The notes beneath the pieces were generated by a model. It was not told the DNA's origin, did not search any database, and was given only the letters and a program-made list of their open reading frames with translations. Positions 37,868-51,580 of a DNA stretch of 64,000 nt are shown piece by piece. Within the stretch, counting starts at the first letter, position 1. Every line of letters starts with the position of its first letter. Source of the DNA: Octopus vulgaris (taxonomy: Eukaryota); the NCBI GenBank assembly GCA_951406725.2, contig OX597830.1, positions 33,852,001 to 33,916,000 of the forward strand, written 5' to 3'. A program made the position numbers and the translations under genes.

Positions 37868-38418
37868 GCATATATATATATGTATGTGTGGAGGCGCAAT
37901 GGCCCAGTGGTTAGGGCAGCGAACTCGCGGTCATACGATCGCGGTTTCGATTCCCAGACCAGGCATTGTGAGTGTTTATTGAGCGAAAACACCTAAAGCT
38001 CCATGAGGCTCCGGCAGGGGGTGGTGGCGCTTCCCTGCTGTACTCTTTCGCCACAACTTTCTCTCACTCTTTCTTCTGTTGGCCTGCTCGCTTAGCCAGC
38101 GGGGTGGCGTCATTTGAAGGCTAAAAAACAATGCGAAGCGCATTGTGATCAGCGATGTGTAGCAACATCTGATAGCCTCGTCGGTCACGGTGATCACAGT
38201 GATATATGTATGTATTTGTGTCAGAGTTTGTCCCCACCACACCATCCCTTGGCAAACAATGTTGGTGTTTTTTATCCCCGTAACTTAGCAGCTTGGCAAA
38301 AGAGACCTATAGAATAAGTACTAGGCTTACGAAAAATAAGTACTGGGTTTTGATTTGTTTGACTAAAGGTGGTGCTCCAGCATGGCAGCTGTCAAATCAC
38401 TGAAACAAGTAAAAGAGA
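37579..38418 (+). mobile_element. SINE family A with a nested SINE in its microsatellite
   Basis: Head at 37579-37743 and tail at 38204-38418. Confidence 0.8.
37890..38203 (+). mobile_element. tRNA(Arg)-like SINE (possibly octopus OR-type)
   Basis: ggaggcgcaaTGGCCCAGTGGttagggcagcgaactcgcggtc..GGTTTCGATTCCC head. CpG-rich, so probably young. Confidence 0.75.
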
Positions 38419-38423
38419 ATAAT

Positions 38424-38975
38424 ACTGATGCAGTACCAGGCAATGGCTCTCATGGCTTCTGATCTTAATTGATTGGAAGTGTTATCATGTACATTGTTCT
38501 GTCTTGGTATAAAAGATGGGCTACAGCAAATATTCTGCTCAATACCACAGATTTGCTTATCAGTTGTTTGAGCTTAACCATTTGAGCATGTCCCTTAGTG
38601 GCTGATGATATGTGCATTTCTGATCACGAGCAGAAGTAGTGGAGGAGCATCATAGCCATATGGTGAAAGAGATTCTTTGAGGTTTGAATAATTCACCTCT
38701 TGAAACATGGGTGCTTCGTTCATCTTTAAACAACCCTTATTCAGGGAACTTTTAAGCAGGATAAGCTACCCGACCTGAAGAATATTGTAACTGGGCCCCT
38801 CCTGCAAGGTCATGTGCTGTTTATCTTGATATGAAATTATCATGTCACAAACATATGATTGTGATGCATGTGCCTGGTGTACCCTTATCAGATGGGTAGT
38901 CATGATCAATATATTTGGCTTTGTATAATTGTACCCCAGTGTCACTTTGATGGCATGTACTGCCCTCTCACTCAA
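38424..38975 (+). mobile_element. Family D element, full length, followed by (AAT)n
   Basis: Same 5' end (tgatgca.taccaggca.tggc) and 3' end (ctctcactcaa) as the 10 kb copy. Confidence 0.8.
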
Positions 38976-38998
38976 TAACAATAATAACAGTAACAATG

Positions 38999-39038
<40 letters not shown>

Positions 39039-39357
39039 TAATAATAATGATGATGATGGTATTAATAATGGTTTCAAATTTCAGCACCAGGCCAATAATT
39101 TCAGGGCAGGATGTTAAGCTAATTACCTTGTTCGACGTGTTCAACTTGTACTTATTTTATCAAACCTAAAAGGAATTTGAACCCAGAATGTAAGGATGGA
39201 CGAAATGCCACTAAGCATTTTGCTCAGAATGCTAACAAATCTGCCAGCTTGCCACGGGTATTTGAGTCTAAATTTTAGGGGTGCACATTATATATGAAAA
39301 CTATATGTTACCCACATTTCTCTAGTCATAGGCATTGCAAATGTAGGATGTATTGGC

Positions 39358-39550
39358 AGTGCATGGCTCAGTAGTTAGACTGTTGGATGCATGAACGTAA
39401 GATTGTGGTTTCAATTTCTCAACTGGACAATGCATTGTGTTCTTGAGCAAAACACTTCATTTCATGCTGCTCCAATCCACTCAGCTGGCAAAAATGAGTT
39501 ACCCTGTGATGGACTGGCATCCCATCCAGGTGGGGAATTTATACGCCCGT
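39358..39550 (+). mobile_element. tRNA-derived SINE with CORE-like segment and gatggactggcatcccatccagg tail
   Basis: A box TGGCTCAGTAG, then ttgagcaaaacacttcatttc..ccactcagctggcaaaaatgagt. Confidence 0.7.
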
Positions 39551-39972
39551 ATGAAATTTTTTTTTCTTTTGCCAAATTTAGGGTGGCAAGAATAGAGGTG
39601 AGTCATCTATAGCTGTTCTCCACAGCAATTAATTTCTAAGGAAGAATTAAGACCACTGTAATAATGCTCCATTTATTTATCTATTTATTTTTTTTTTGCT
39701 GTACTGATAGTATTTTCTGGAAAACAAAATCAAATAGCATGTAGTATAAACATGTGTGTAAACATTCAGACATTGCATCTGTCTTTCCAAATCCTGCAAC
39801 ATTAAACATGGAATTTTTGGTTCCCCACAAATCAATCTATTATTTTTGGCTTGAAGTTTTGGTCTGAGAAATTTGAATTACATGATATTCAAAATGTTTG
39901 GAACAGCTGGTTCACATCTATGGCTGTTGCCATCTTCCATAGGTCTTCTTTAGAATCATGTTAAAGGCAAAT

Positions 39973-40189
39973 TTAACCGTTAAGCATTTTAGATTATCCT
40001 ACCAAAGGTAATGTTTATTTATTCACATTGTTTTGAATTTAGCATACATTATCTCAAAGAATTGAGATTTCGATTATGTAGCTATATGCCTTTTAGGGTA
40101 GGTGTGAGAGTCAGAATCTGGCCAGTTTGAACAGGAAAGAAGTTAAGCATTTTGGCCAGATATGGTCAGTTTCAATGCCAAAGGGTTAA
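39973..40189. mobile_element. TTAA-flanked MITE (piggyBac-like ends)
   Basis: TTAAcc(g)tt..aaagggTTAA. A second copy lies in opposite orientation at about 57870-58081. Confidence 0.7.
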
Positions 40190-40424
40190 AATGGATGAAA
40201 ATGAAATGTAAAGGAATTTGATGTTCTTCATACTTCATCCAGTAATCAGTCTGACTATAAAAATGGCCTCAACTGTAATTCCACTAGGCCTAAAGCCAGA
40301 ATTAAGCTTAGAAGCTAAAATCTGAAGATGTATGCAAATTAGAATGGGCTGACAAGTTCACTTTAAGGTCAATGCCAATTCAGGCATGACGATATATCTC
40401 ACAAGGGGCTTATAGTACTACATT

Positions 40425-41056
40425 AACAATCCTTTCTACTATAGGCACAAGGCCTGAAATTTGGAGGAGGAGGTAGTCGATTATATCGAGCCCAGTACTC
40501 AACTGGTACTTAATTTATCGACCCCAAAATGATAGCAGGCAAAGTCGACCTTGGCAGAATTTGAACTCAGAACGTAGTGACACCTGAAAGAAGGCTAAGC
40601 ATTTCGTCCATTGTAATAATGATTCTTTTCTACTCTAGGCACAAGGCCCGAAATTTTTGGAGAGAGGGGGCCAGTCGATTAGATCAACCTCAGTATGCAA
40701 CTGGTACTTAATTTATCAACCCCAAAAGATGAAATGCAACGTTGACCTCAGCAGAATTTGAATTCAGCATGTAAAGATAGATGAAATACCGCTAAGCATT
40801 TCACCCGGCCTGCTAACATTTCTTATTTCTTTATTGCCCACAAGAGGCTAAACATAGAAGGGACAAACAAGGACAGACAAAGGGATTATATTGATTACAT
40901 TGACCCCAGTGCTTAACTGGTACTTAATTTATCGACCCCGAACGGATAAAAGGCAAAGTCGACCTTGGCGGAATTTGAACTCAGAATGTAGCGGCAGACG
41001 AAATACCACTAGGTATTTCACCCAGCATGCTAACATTTCTGCCAGTTCACCACCTT
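40425..41056 (-). mobile_element. Tandem array of three SINE family B copies
   Basis: Repeated caactggtacttaatttatcgacccc..aaagtcgacct..aatttgaactcag units with two different tails. Confidence 0.85.
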
Positions 41057-41821
41057 CAAGGTACTACATCAATAATACCTCTTGCATGTATACAAAAAAG
41101 TAGAACATGATTTAAGAAGTGAGGCTCTGGCTGCTATTCCTAGACAGTAGACTTATTTGCAGAGAGGCACATTTGTGGTTTGTACAGTAACAGTATGCAT
41201 TCATGTATGTTTGTTTATATATATTCCTGCAATTTATCTATGCATTATGTGTTAGTGCATTTGCATTTTAAGCATGTTCCTGCATTAGCTCTAGTGTATG
41301 TCTCTGCGTGTTTTCATATATGTGTTTATCTTTCTTTACACATCATGAATGTGTGTATGTGTGAGTGACTTTGCGTGATTTTTCGAGCATGCATTAGTCT
41401 TTCATTTGTGGGTGCGTTTGCGAGTTTCTACAGGAACTTGTTTGTGTAAGTACATTAACATGTATATCGTTGTGTTAGATTACCCATAGAGAGTTTATGA
41501 AATTCTCAAGTCTATCTTCAGAAATATATTTCATTAGAAAAGCTCAGTTTTCCAAGTGTTGTTTGTTATTCTTCCAAATCTTTTCCTCAGAAATGCAGAT
41601 GGTTTTCAATGCAGCCAAATGCAATTCAAAGCAAGGAAATACAACAAAACAAAAGAAAAACAGAAAATAAAGCAACTATAAATAAACACATAAATATGTA
41701 AAATGCTTCCTTTTCAAGAAACAAATAATAAGCAATTAAACATATACATAAACAATTACACAAGAACACACGCATTTCTGTGTGTGTATACATACATGTA
41801 GGCATGTGTGCTTATATAAAT

Positions 41822-42137
<316 letters not shown>

Positions 42138-42250
42138 GGATGCATCTATTTACATGCATACATTTAAATATATATATATGCATACTGCACATATATCTAG
42201 GTGGAGTATAGTTATCGTATACACACACAGATGAGACAAGGACTTAATAC

Positions 42251-42329
<79 letters not shown>

Positions 42330-42505
42330 TTTCTATCTGCACATAAATACACTTGTACAAAAACACACAGACAAAAGAAACATATAAACCCACACATGCA
42401 CTCATACACATATAGACATTATTTTTTTTTATTAATTATTTGGAGGGAGAAAGAGATAAGGGGTAACACCTACACACAAACATGGTCTCACACACACACA
42501 CACAA

Positions 42506-42542
<37 letters not shown>

Positions 42543-42911
42543 TACACACATGTAAAACTAAAATTTGAAAAGAAAAGTTAATATTAAAAGAAAAAATGTA
42601 GAAATGCCAAGACAAAGGATCATTTGTCTTATGTAAGAAAATTTTGAGTATTTTCGTTGTTTTTCCCAAAACAATATTATTTTTAAAGAAATTTATTCAT
42701 TATTTTTATTTTCCCACTCCTTCGTAAATTCATTTTCGAAGAAATTTTCATTGTGTTCCCTATATTAATTATAGAACGTCTAAGTAAAATGTTAAGAAAA
42801 AACATCTGCTGGTTTGAAAAAGATGGATCACATTTTTGTGAGTGTCACATACACAAGCTCACACTCATATATGAATGGCAATTATATATATATGTATATA
42901 AGAATGCCAAT

Positions 42912-42942
<31 letters not shown>

Positions 42943-43440
42943 ATGTACATTCATCTGTGTGTATATCATATATTCCAATGCAAGTGCTAACATGCTATCT
43001 TAAAGATATGTTTTATCTGTGACGTGTTTTTGTATATGGCAATTTTACTAACAGGTGTTTTCTGTATTTCAAAATTCATTGAATCAAATTTACTACAGTT
43101 AGATGCTCTTTCTGTCACCAACACTCATGTATTTGTAAACAAGCTAACATATTTCCCCATGGTTGGACATATTTTCATAGGAGACTGGAAATAAATGACA
43201 CCATTTGTATGATGGTGGCACTCATTTTCTACAATTGCACAATGTCTAGACAAGAGCACACACATACATACATGAATCGGGGGCGGGGTCTTTCAGTTTC
43301 TATCTATCATTTCCATGTGCAAGGCTTTAGTTGGCCTAGGGCTATAGTAAAATGTACATGCTCGAGATGCCATGCAGTGGGACAAAACCAAAAACCACAT
43401 GATTGGGAAGCAGCCTTCTTATCCACACAGCTATGTCTGC

Positions 43441-43471
<31 letters not shown>

Positions 43472-43783
43472 AGTGAGTGTATGTGAGTGTGAGTGCATGT
43501 ATGGTGTGTGTGTGTGTGAGGAAGTGGAAGAACGAACTCTAAGTAACACAGGAGGAGGAGGAGGAATCTTTTAATCTTCTATCTTTTGTTTGTTTCTGTT
43601 ATTAGTTCATGGCCATGCTGGGGCACCACCTTGAAGGATTTTTAGGCGAAAGAATCAACTCCATCACTTATTTATTTTTTTAAGCCTGCTGCTTATTCTA
43701 TTCTATCCATCACTTTTGCTGAACCGCTAAGTTTTGGGGACATAAACACTGCCACAAAGGACATACATGCACACACTCACCCA

Positions 43784-43814
<31 letters not shown>

Positions 43815-43818
<4 letters not shown>

Positions 43819-44040
43819 ATGGTGGCTGTCTACTCCTTATGCAGAGTTTGACCACTTCCTGTACCTACGCCATAGATCTGTCATGCCGTCTGATGTGGCT
43901 TTTTAAAACCAGACAAAAGTATTGAAAAGACACTCACATAGATTGCATATCCGATTTGGACCACAGTTTAGTCCTGATCCTTGTGGATCTTAAAATGTCT
44001 TTTGAGACCTCTGCTAGAGTTGCTGGTTTATGAGATTACC
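43815..44040 (-). pseudogene. Second multi-zinc-finger RTE-like 3' end, decayed
   Basis: Minus strand SSRGLKRHFKIHK, then CNLCECLF and KSHIRRH in shifted frames. The 3' end aaggagtagacagcca resembles aagggggcagcca of the 18 kb copy. Confidence 0.5.
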
Positions 44041-44450
44041 TTAGGTTTCTCATCCATAAAGGGTTTAGCCTTATGGCATATCGTAAGATCCCAAAAACTT
44101 ATTGGCCCCAAACCTTGCATATGTATATTTATATGTGTGTATGTGTGTGTTTGTGTATATATGCATATATATGTGCGTGTTTGTGTTCACCCAAACCCTT
44201 CTCATTGCTTGACAATTTAGCAGATTGGCTATCGGGAACCAAAACAATAATTACCAAACCTTAAAAAGTACTAGTGTTGATCAGTTCAACTAAAAGCCTA
44301 AAGGTCAGTACTTCAGAATGGCCACAGTCAACTGAGTTAAACAAGAGAAAAGATGAAAAGACACATTCCGTTAATGGAATTCAAGAGATGCATTTTGAAC
44401 TCTTACCTGTTTGTTTAGATTTGCAATTTTTACCACAAGCCCTCACATAT

Positions 44451-44753
44451 TGTTGTTTGTTCCTTTTCAAGCCATGCCTGGCTCATAGGGCTGGTTTCCC
44501 GGTTTCCTTGGCATATAGGTTCCCCACCTGGACAGGACGCCGGTCTGTTGCAGGTAAGCTGCAAGATGCAGGAGGAAAGAGGGAGAGAAAGTTGTGGTGA
44601 AAGAGTCAGCAGAAGTTTGCCATTACCTTCTGTCAAAGCCACGTGGAGCTTAGGTGTTTCACTCATAAACACACACATCGCCTGGTCTGAGATTCGAACC
44701 CGTGATCTCGACCGCGTGTCCGCTGCTCTAACCACTAGGCCATGTGGCTCCAC
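44451..44753 (-). mobile_element. tRNA(Arg)-like SINE with an alternative 3' tail
   Basis: Head TGGCCTAGTGG..GGTTCGAATCTC and body are shared with 37890-38070. The tail is shared with 51335-51425. Confidence 0.75.
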
Positions 44754-45187
44754 ACCCACACATATAGACATATACATATACAATATCACATAAGAATATA
44801 CACATAATGGCTAACATTCATACCTTCCTTAACTTGGATTTATATTATAACACATACTATATAACTCTATAATAAAATTGGATACAAAATATTTGCTTTT
44901 AATTCCTTGATAACATAAAATACATCCATACAATAACATACTCCATCTTGTCCTTTTCTTTTTTTTTTTTGTTGTTTTCTTTTTTTTTTTCCAGTTGTAT
45001 ATCCATATTTCCATTTTCATGTAATCCTTGAAAAGATGATTCTTTTGCAAATCTAGACATTTCCAAATCTGGAACATTTTAGTTATAAATACAATGGCAA
45101 CCTTTTTTTTTTTTTTTTTTGTCTTCTGTAGAAGCGAATATATTCCAGAAGCTTTGTTTTCTATTTATTCATCTATTTTATTTTACC

Positions 45188-45248
<61 letters not shown>

Positions 45249-45790
45249 GTTGTAGTTGTTTTTGTTTTTGTTTTTTTGTGGGCAACTTTGACATTTGACA
45301 TTTGTAAATTGTTGGAAACAATTAGTTTACAGCTGAATGCTTTTAGTAATGCAAACCACTCAAATGTAATATCGGAAAGTGAGCCTGTTTGTTGTTAAGA
45401 CAAAACTGAGTCAAGCAAATTCCAAGTACAACAAAATGGCTGCAACAGGTTTGAAGCATTATGTTCTGCCAGTCAGAAATATACCATTTTAACTTCTCAC
45501 TCATTATGCTTAGTTTATCCTAATTTAACACCATTCAGCTAATACAATATTTAACTCTATTCATACTAATCTGGCAGAGATTGCCTGTTACAAATATCGT
45601 TTTAATAATACAAAAGTCATTTATTTTGTCAAATCTTCCTAAAATGGATTATGAATTAATGGACATTTTGTTTCATAGGAAATACAATAACAAAAGGATT
45701 AAGTTTGTCTTAGATGCTATCTCACTAAAATATTGTTGTCTTTTGATTAGCTGTGTCGCTAAATTTCTTCTAAGCATAAATTTCTTCATA

Positions 45791-45965
45791 GGCGTAGGAG
45801 TGGTTGCGTGTGGTAAGTAGCTTGCTTATGAACCACATGGTTCCGAGTTCAGTCCCACTGTGTGGCACCTTGGGCAAGTGTCTTCTAAAATAGCCTCGGG
45901 CCGGCCAAAGCCTTGTGAGTGGATTTGGTAGACAGAAACTGAAAGAAGCCCATCATATATATGTA

Positions 45966-46022
<57 letters not shown>

Positions 46023-46382
46023 ATGTGTATATATGTATGTATATGTGTATATATGTGTATATGTATATGTGTATATATGTATATGTGTATATATGTATGT
46101 ATATGTGTATATATATATATATGTATGTATATGTGTATACGTATATATATATGTGTGTCTGTGTGCGTATATGTTTGTTTTGTGTGTTTGTGTTTGTCCC
46201 CCCAACATCGCTTGACAACCGATGCTGGTGTGTTTACGTCCCCGTAACTTAGCGGTTCAGCAAAAGAGACAGATGGAATAAGTACTAGGCTTACAAAAGA
46301 ATAAGTCCTGGGGTTGATTTGATCGACTAAAGGCAGTGCTCCAGCATGACCACAGTCAAATGACTGAAACAAGTAAAAGAGT
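45791..46382 (+). mobile_element. SINE family A with an expanded internal microsatellite (about 220 bp)
   Basis: Head and tail conserved; middle is a (TA)/(TATG)-type expansion. Confidence 0.9.
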
Positions 46383-46564
46383 AAGCCTTGTATTATAGCC
46401 AGGCGACGAGTTGGCAGAATTATTAAAACATGAAAGTACTTGTGGCATTTCTTCTAATTCATTGTTGTGAGTTCAAATTCTGCTGTAGTTGGCTTTACCT
46501 TTCATCCTTTCAAAAACAAAGTACCTATCAAGTACAAGGATTCATGTAATTACCTTGCCCCATA

Positions 46565-46729
46565 GGCGCAGGAGTGGCTGTGTGGTAAGTAGCTTGCTAA
46601 CCAACCACATGGTTCCGGGTTCAGTCCCACTGCGTGGCATCTTGGGCAAGTGTCTTCTGTTATAGCCCCGGGCCGACCAATGCCTTGTGAGTGGATTTGG
46701 TAGACGGAAACTGAAAGAAGCCTGTCATA

Positions 46730-46776
<47 letters not shown>

Positions 46777-47019
46777 ATGTGTGTGTGTGTGTGTATGTGT
46801 TTGTGTGTGTGTATGTGTTTGTGTGTCTGTGTTTGTCCCCCTAGCATTGCTTGACAACCGATGCTGGTGTGTTTACGTCCCCATCACTTAGTAGTTCGGC
46901 AGAAGAGACTGATAGAATAAGTACTGGGCTTACAAAGAATAAGTCCCGGGGTCGATTTGCTCGACTAAAGGCGGTGCTCCAGCGTGGCTGCATTCAAATG
47001 ACTGAAACAAGTAAAAGAG
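46565..47019 (+). mobile_element. SINE family A inserted into a family B copy
   Basis: Family B head at 46400-46560 and tail remnant ggcctagtgccaaaatt at about 47050-47068. Confidence 0.88.
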
Positions 47020-47072
47020 AAAGGAGAAAGAGAATATCCTAAAAATTGATGGCCTAGTGCCAAAATTATCAT

Positions 47073-47365
47073 TCATCATCGTTTAACGCCTGTTTTTCAT
47101 GCTGGCATGAGTTGGATGGTTTGACTGAGGGCTGGCAAGCCAGTAGGCTGCACCAGGCTCCAATCTGATCTGGTAAGGTTTCTACAGCTGGATGCCCTTC
47201 CTAATGCCAACCGCTCTGAGAGTGTAGTAGGTGCTTTTTACATGCTCTGGCATGGGAGCCAGACGGAGGTCACTGGCATCGACCACATTCAGATGGTGAT
47301 TCCACATGCCACCAGCACAGGTGCCAGTCAGGTGGCAGGTTTTCTCAGGCACAACATATTGCCCA
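47073..47365 (-). mobile_element. Family C element
   Basis: gtttctacagctggatgcccttcctaatgccaacc motif. Confidence 0.75.
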
Positions 47366-47639
47366 ATGATATTGTTATAAATTGCTGCCACAAAGCTAGA
47401 GATGTTAGCATGAAAAGCAGTGGTGTATGACAAACACACACATGTACACAACACACACGCACATATGCATTGGGCTTCTTTCAGTTTCCATCAACCAAGT
47501 TCACTCAGAAGGCTTTCATCAGCCCGAGGCTATAGTAAAAGACACCTGCCCAAAGTACCATGCAGTGGGACTGAACCCAGAACAATGTGGTTGGGAAGCA
47601 AGCATCTTACCACATAGGCACACCTGTACTTTGACTAGT

Positions 47640-48250
47640 ATTTAATCTTTATTGACCCTTGAGAGAATAAAAAGTAAAGATGACATCAGTGAAATTTGAA
47701 CACAGATTGCAAAAGAGTTAGAAAGAGAAATCTAGTAAGTGTTTTGTCCAGTGTTTAAACAATTCTGTCAGCTCATTGCTTTAATAATAATAATAATGAA
47801 TTCAAATTTTTGCTACAAGGACAGCTAGGGTGGGGGTGAGGTTAAGTTGATTACATCGACCCCAGTGTGTGACCAGTACTTATTTTATCAGCCTCGAAAG
47901 GATGAAAGGTAAAAGTTGACCTCGGCAGAATTTGAACTCAGAATGTAGCAGCAGACGAAATACCGCTAAGCATTTCGCCTTGCTTGATTAACGATTTTGC
48001 CAGTTCTCCACCTTAATAATCCTTTCTGTTGGAAGCACAAGGCCTCAAATTTGGGGGAAGGGATTAAGTCGATTACATAGACCCCAGTGCATAATTGGTA
48101 CTTATTTCATCGCCACCTCCCACCCCCCCGCCCAAGGACAAAAGACAAAGCCGACCTCGAAAGAATTTGAACTCAGAACATAGCAGCAGATGAAACACCA
48201 CTAAGCATCTTGTCCGGTGCACTAACAATTCTGCCAGCTTGCTGCCTTTG
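47640..48250 (-). mobile_element. Tandem array of three SINE family B copies
   Basis: Repeated aatttgaactcagaa..ctaagcat..ccagct units. Confidence 0.8.
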
Positions 48251-48572
48251 TGATAATAATAATAACAATAATAACAATCACTTTTATCATCACCATCACT
48301 ATCAAGATGATGATGATCATCATCATCATCACCATCATTATTATCATCCTCATCAGGAAGAAAGCAATAAAATAGCATCAGGCAGTTTGTAAAATATCTT
48401 TATCAAATGCAAAAAAAAGAAAAGAGGAGGTGAGACTGAGAAAGTAAAAGAACTTCTATTGAACTTTGAACTGACTTCAAATGCAAACATTATCTTCACA
48501 TCATAAAGAAAAGCATAGAAATTTTGGTATTACCCTGTATGCACACACATACGCACACACATGTATACAGGC

Positions 48573-48628
<56 letters not shown>

Positions 48629-48640
48629 CACATATATGTG

Positions 48641-48671
<31 letters not shown>

Positions 48672-49200
48672 GTGTGTACGTACATACATATATATACGTG
48701 TGTGTATATATATATATGTACATATGCATGTATATATGTGTGTCTGTGTGTGTGTATATATATATATATATTTTATATATATATATATATATACACACTA
48801 ATGCATGAGGGGAAAATCATTTAATATTTATGTTTGTCTACTTCTTTTCTATTTTTCTTTGTTTCTTTACTTTCAATTTAAGTTAGATATTTGTTTTTAT
48901 TATATTGTTTTTTGTTTTTCTTCATTCACACACACACACACACATACAAAAACACATATATACATACAAGCATACATATGTCTGTATACGCACATCTATG
49001 TGTATTTCATATATTTCTTTTTATGTTCCATATACATATATAATTTATTACATATTATCAAGATTACGCTTTAAGCAAGTGTGACTTCACAACATCAGGT
49101 ATAAATGTTGAATTAGAACAGTTTCAACTTATATACCTCACCTCTCTCTATTTCACACACACATTCATGCAGGCATAATACATATCTATCTATCTATCTG

Positions 49201-49239
<39 letters not shown>

Positions 49240-50249
49240 CTCTGTATCTCTATCTAGCTCTCTCTCTCTATCTCTCTCTCTCTCTATCTCTATCTTCATA
49301 TATATGCACATGTATGTACACCTCTACCTAACTTTAGTGCATAGTTTCAGCTTTGTACTAGCCACAGACAAATATCAATACATACATACATACATATATA
49401 CATTTATACACACATATATATGCACACATATATATACATATATATATATACACATATATATAAACATATATGTATATATATATATACACACATATATATA
49501 TACATATATGTATACATATATATACACACATACATGTATATATACATACATACATATATATATATAATATACACATATATATCTATACATACACATATAT
49601 CTATACAAACATACATTCATATATATATATATATCTTAGTAGCCCTATTTGGCTATACATGCACACACACACTGGTTCTTAAGTGGGCTTTCAAACGATC
49701 CTCTGCCAACCATTCTTCTTCTAGCTGAATTATACTTGGATCACTTTGTGTCTCTTGCCATGTATCTCCTTGTTTCTCTCTCCCTCTCTCTTCATCTCCC
49801 CCCCCCACCATCTCTCTCACTTTCAGTTTTGATTTATTTGTTTGCTTACGTCCCTTTTAACTGTCAATGTGTTAACAGAATTAACTTGGCGCTAGTCACA
49901 CACGATACACAGCTGCATTCAGATATCTGAACATAGACACAAAAACATGTAAACATGTATATATATCATCTTCATTTTCATCTGTTTCACGTCCTCTTTT
50001 CAGTGCTGGTATGGGTTTGATGAGTCATCATAGACTGAATTGGTTCTTTTCAGAGCTACTACTCTCTTAGATCAGTTGGGGGAAACCATATCACACATTT
50101 ATGTTTCATTTCTGGCTTACTTTTGGCAACTGGATATCTTTCCTATTCCCAGTCACTTTCCATAATGTACTGGGTGCATTTTGTTGTGACACCAGCATCA
50201 ACTTTGCCACCAAGGTTTCCTTATTCCTAAGATTGATTTGTTCCCAAAG

Positions 50250-50351
50250 TTGCCTTGTCTTCAATGCTGCCTTGTCCTTGAAATTGCCTTGTCCCAGAGG
50301 TTGTTTTGTCTTTGAGGTGTTCTTGTCTTTGAGGTTCTCTTGTTCTTGAAG
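50250..50351. repeat. 17-bp minisatellite, six units
   Basis: ttgccttgtcttcaatg|ctgccttgtccttgaaa|ttgccttgtcccagagg|ttgttttgtctttgagg|tgttcttgtctttgagg|ttctcttgttcttgaag. Confidence 0.85.
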
Positions 50352-50514
50352 TAGCCTAGATTACATAAACTAGTTTAAACATTTATGACTGGCCCACTGG
50401 ACAATCTATAAAACCAACTAAAGGAAAAAATTAAAAATTATAAAAAAAACGTTATCATAATTAATAAGAACAATTGACAAAGTATTAAATTGAAAATTGC
50501 AGTTGATGGAATAT

Positions 50515-50730
50515 TATTTTCTACTCTAGGCACAAGGCTTGATATTTTTGGGGTGGGGGGCCAGTTAATTAGATTGACCCCAGTACGCAAATGGTACTTA
50601 ATTTATCAATCCTGAAAGGATGAAAAGCAAAGTCGACCTCAGTGGAATTTGATCTCAGAATGTAGCAGCAGACGAAATATCGCTAAGCATTTCACCTGAC
50701 GTGCTAACATTTTTGCCAGCTTCCTGCCTT
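50515..50730 (-). mobile_element. SINE family B
   Basis: Full set of family-B motifs. Confidence 0.8.
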
Positions 50731-50799
50731 CATTTGATGGAATATTGAATTAAACAATCAAAGCTATCTTGTTCATTTTCTGTGTGTGTGTGTGTAAAT

Positions 50800-51243
50800 T
50801 GAGATCTTCTTCTGGGATGGAGCCAGCCTACGTATGCATACCTTCCCTTCTTGGGACACAAAACTCTACTTGTGAAGACCTTTGAGGCAAGTGAGGATCA
50901 GAATCGAAATCGATCAATGGAAATTGCAGATGTATTACCAGTGCCGGTAGCATGTAAGAGAACCATCCGTTCGTGTCCGTTGCCAGCCTCGCCTGGCCCC
51001 CGTGCCGGTGGCACATAAAAAGCACCATCCGTTCGTGGCCGTTTGCCAGCTCTATCTGGTGGCACGTAAAAAGCACCCACTACACTCACGGAGTGGTTGG
51101 CATTAGGAAGGGCATCCAGCCGTAGAAACACTGCCAAATCTGACTAGGCCTGATGAAGCCTTCTGGCTTCACAGACCCCAGTTGAACCGTCCAACCCATG
51201 CTAGCATGGAAAACGGACGCTAAACGATGATGATGATGATGAT
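50800..51243 (+). mobile_element. Family C element, longest copy, with internal tandem units
   Basis: Repeated gtggcac(a/g)taaaaagcacc units, then ggttggcattaggaagggcatccagccgtagaaac and a (GAT)n tail. Confidence 0.85.
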
Positions 51244-51334
51244 ATATGGTCTCCTTATACAACACCCATGCTTCCATTTTGACAAAATCCGACTGGACTT
51301 CAGCTAAAGCACATACAAACAATATAAAAGAAAG

Positions 51335-51580
51335 TTACTTTCTCAAGTCATGCTGACTCATAAGAGCTGATTTCCAGGTTTCTATGACATGTAAATTCCC
51401 CACCTGGATGGGATGCCAGTCCTTTGCAGAATTACTCACTTTTGTCAGCTGAGTGAACTGGAGCAATGTGAAATGAAGTGTTTTGCTCAAGAACACAACT
51501 TGTTACCCAGTCTAGGAACTGAAACCTCAATCTTACGATCATGAGCGCAACACCCTAAACACTAAGCCATGCACCCCCAC
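51335..51580 (-). mobile_element. tRNA-derived SINE with CORE-like segment
   Basis: Reverse complement of the 39358-39550 type, with a full tail. Confidence 0.75.

Noticed and set aside
37890-37965. tRNA gene
   Set aside because: A and B boxes are present but there is no proper cloverleaf acceptor stem, and it runs on into a SINE body. The same applies to the other SINE heads.
38600-38626. CTGATGA in family D as a hammerhead core or C/D box
   Set aside because: No downstream GAAA box with stems, and the TGATGA-CTGA spacing is too short for a snoRNA.
49850-49927. Minus-strand exon between a CAG acceptor and a GTAAGC donor
   Set aside because: Stops in all three frames and no other support. 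It could only be non-coding.
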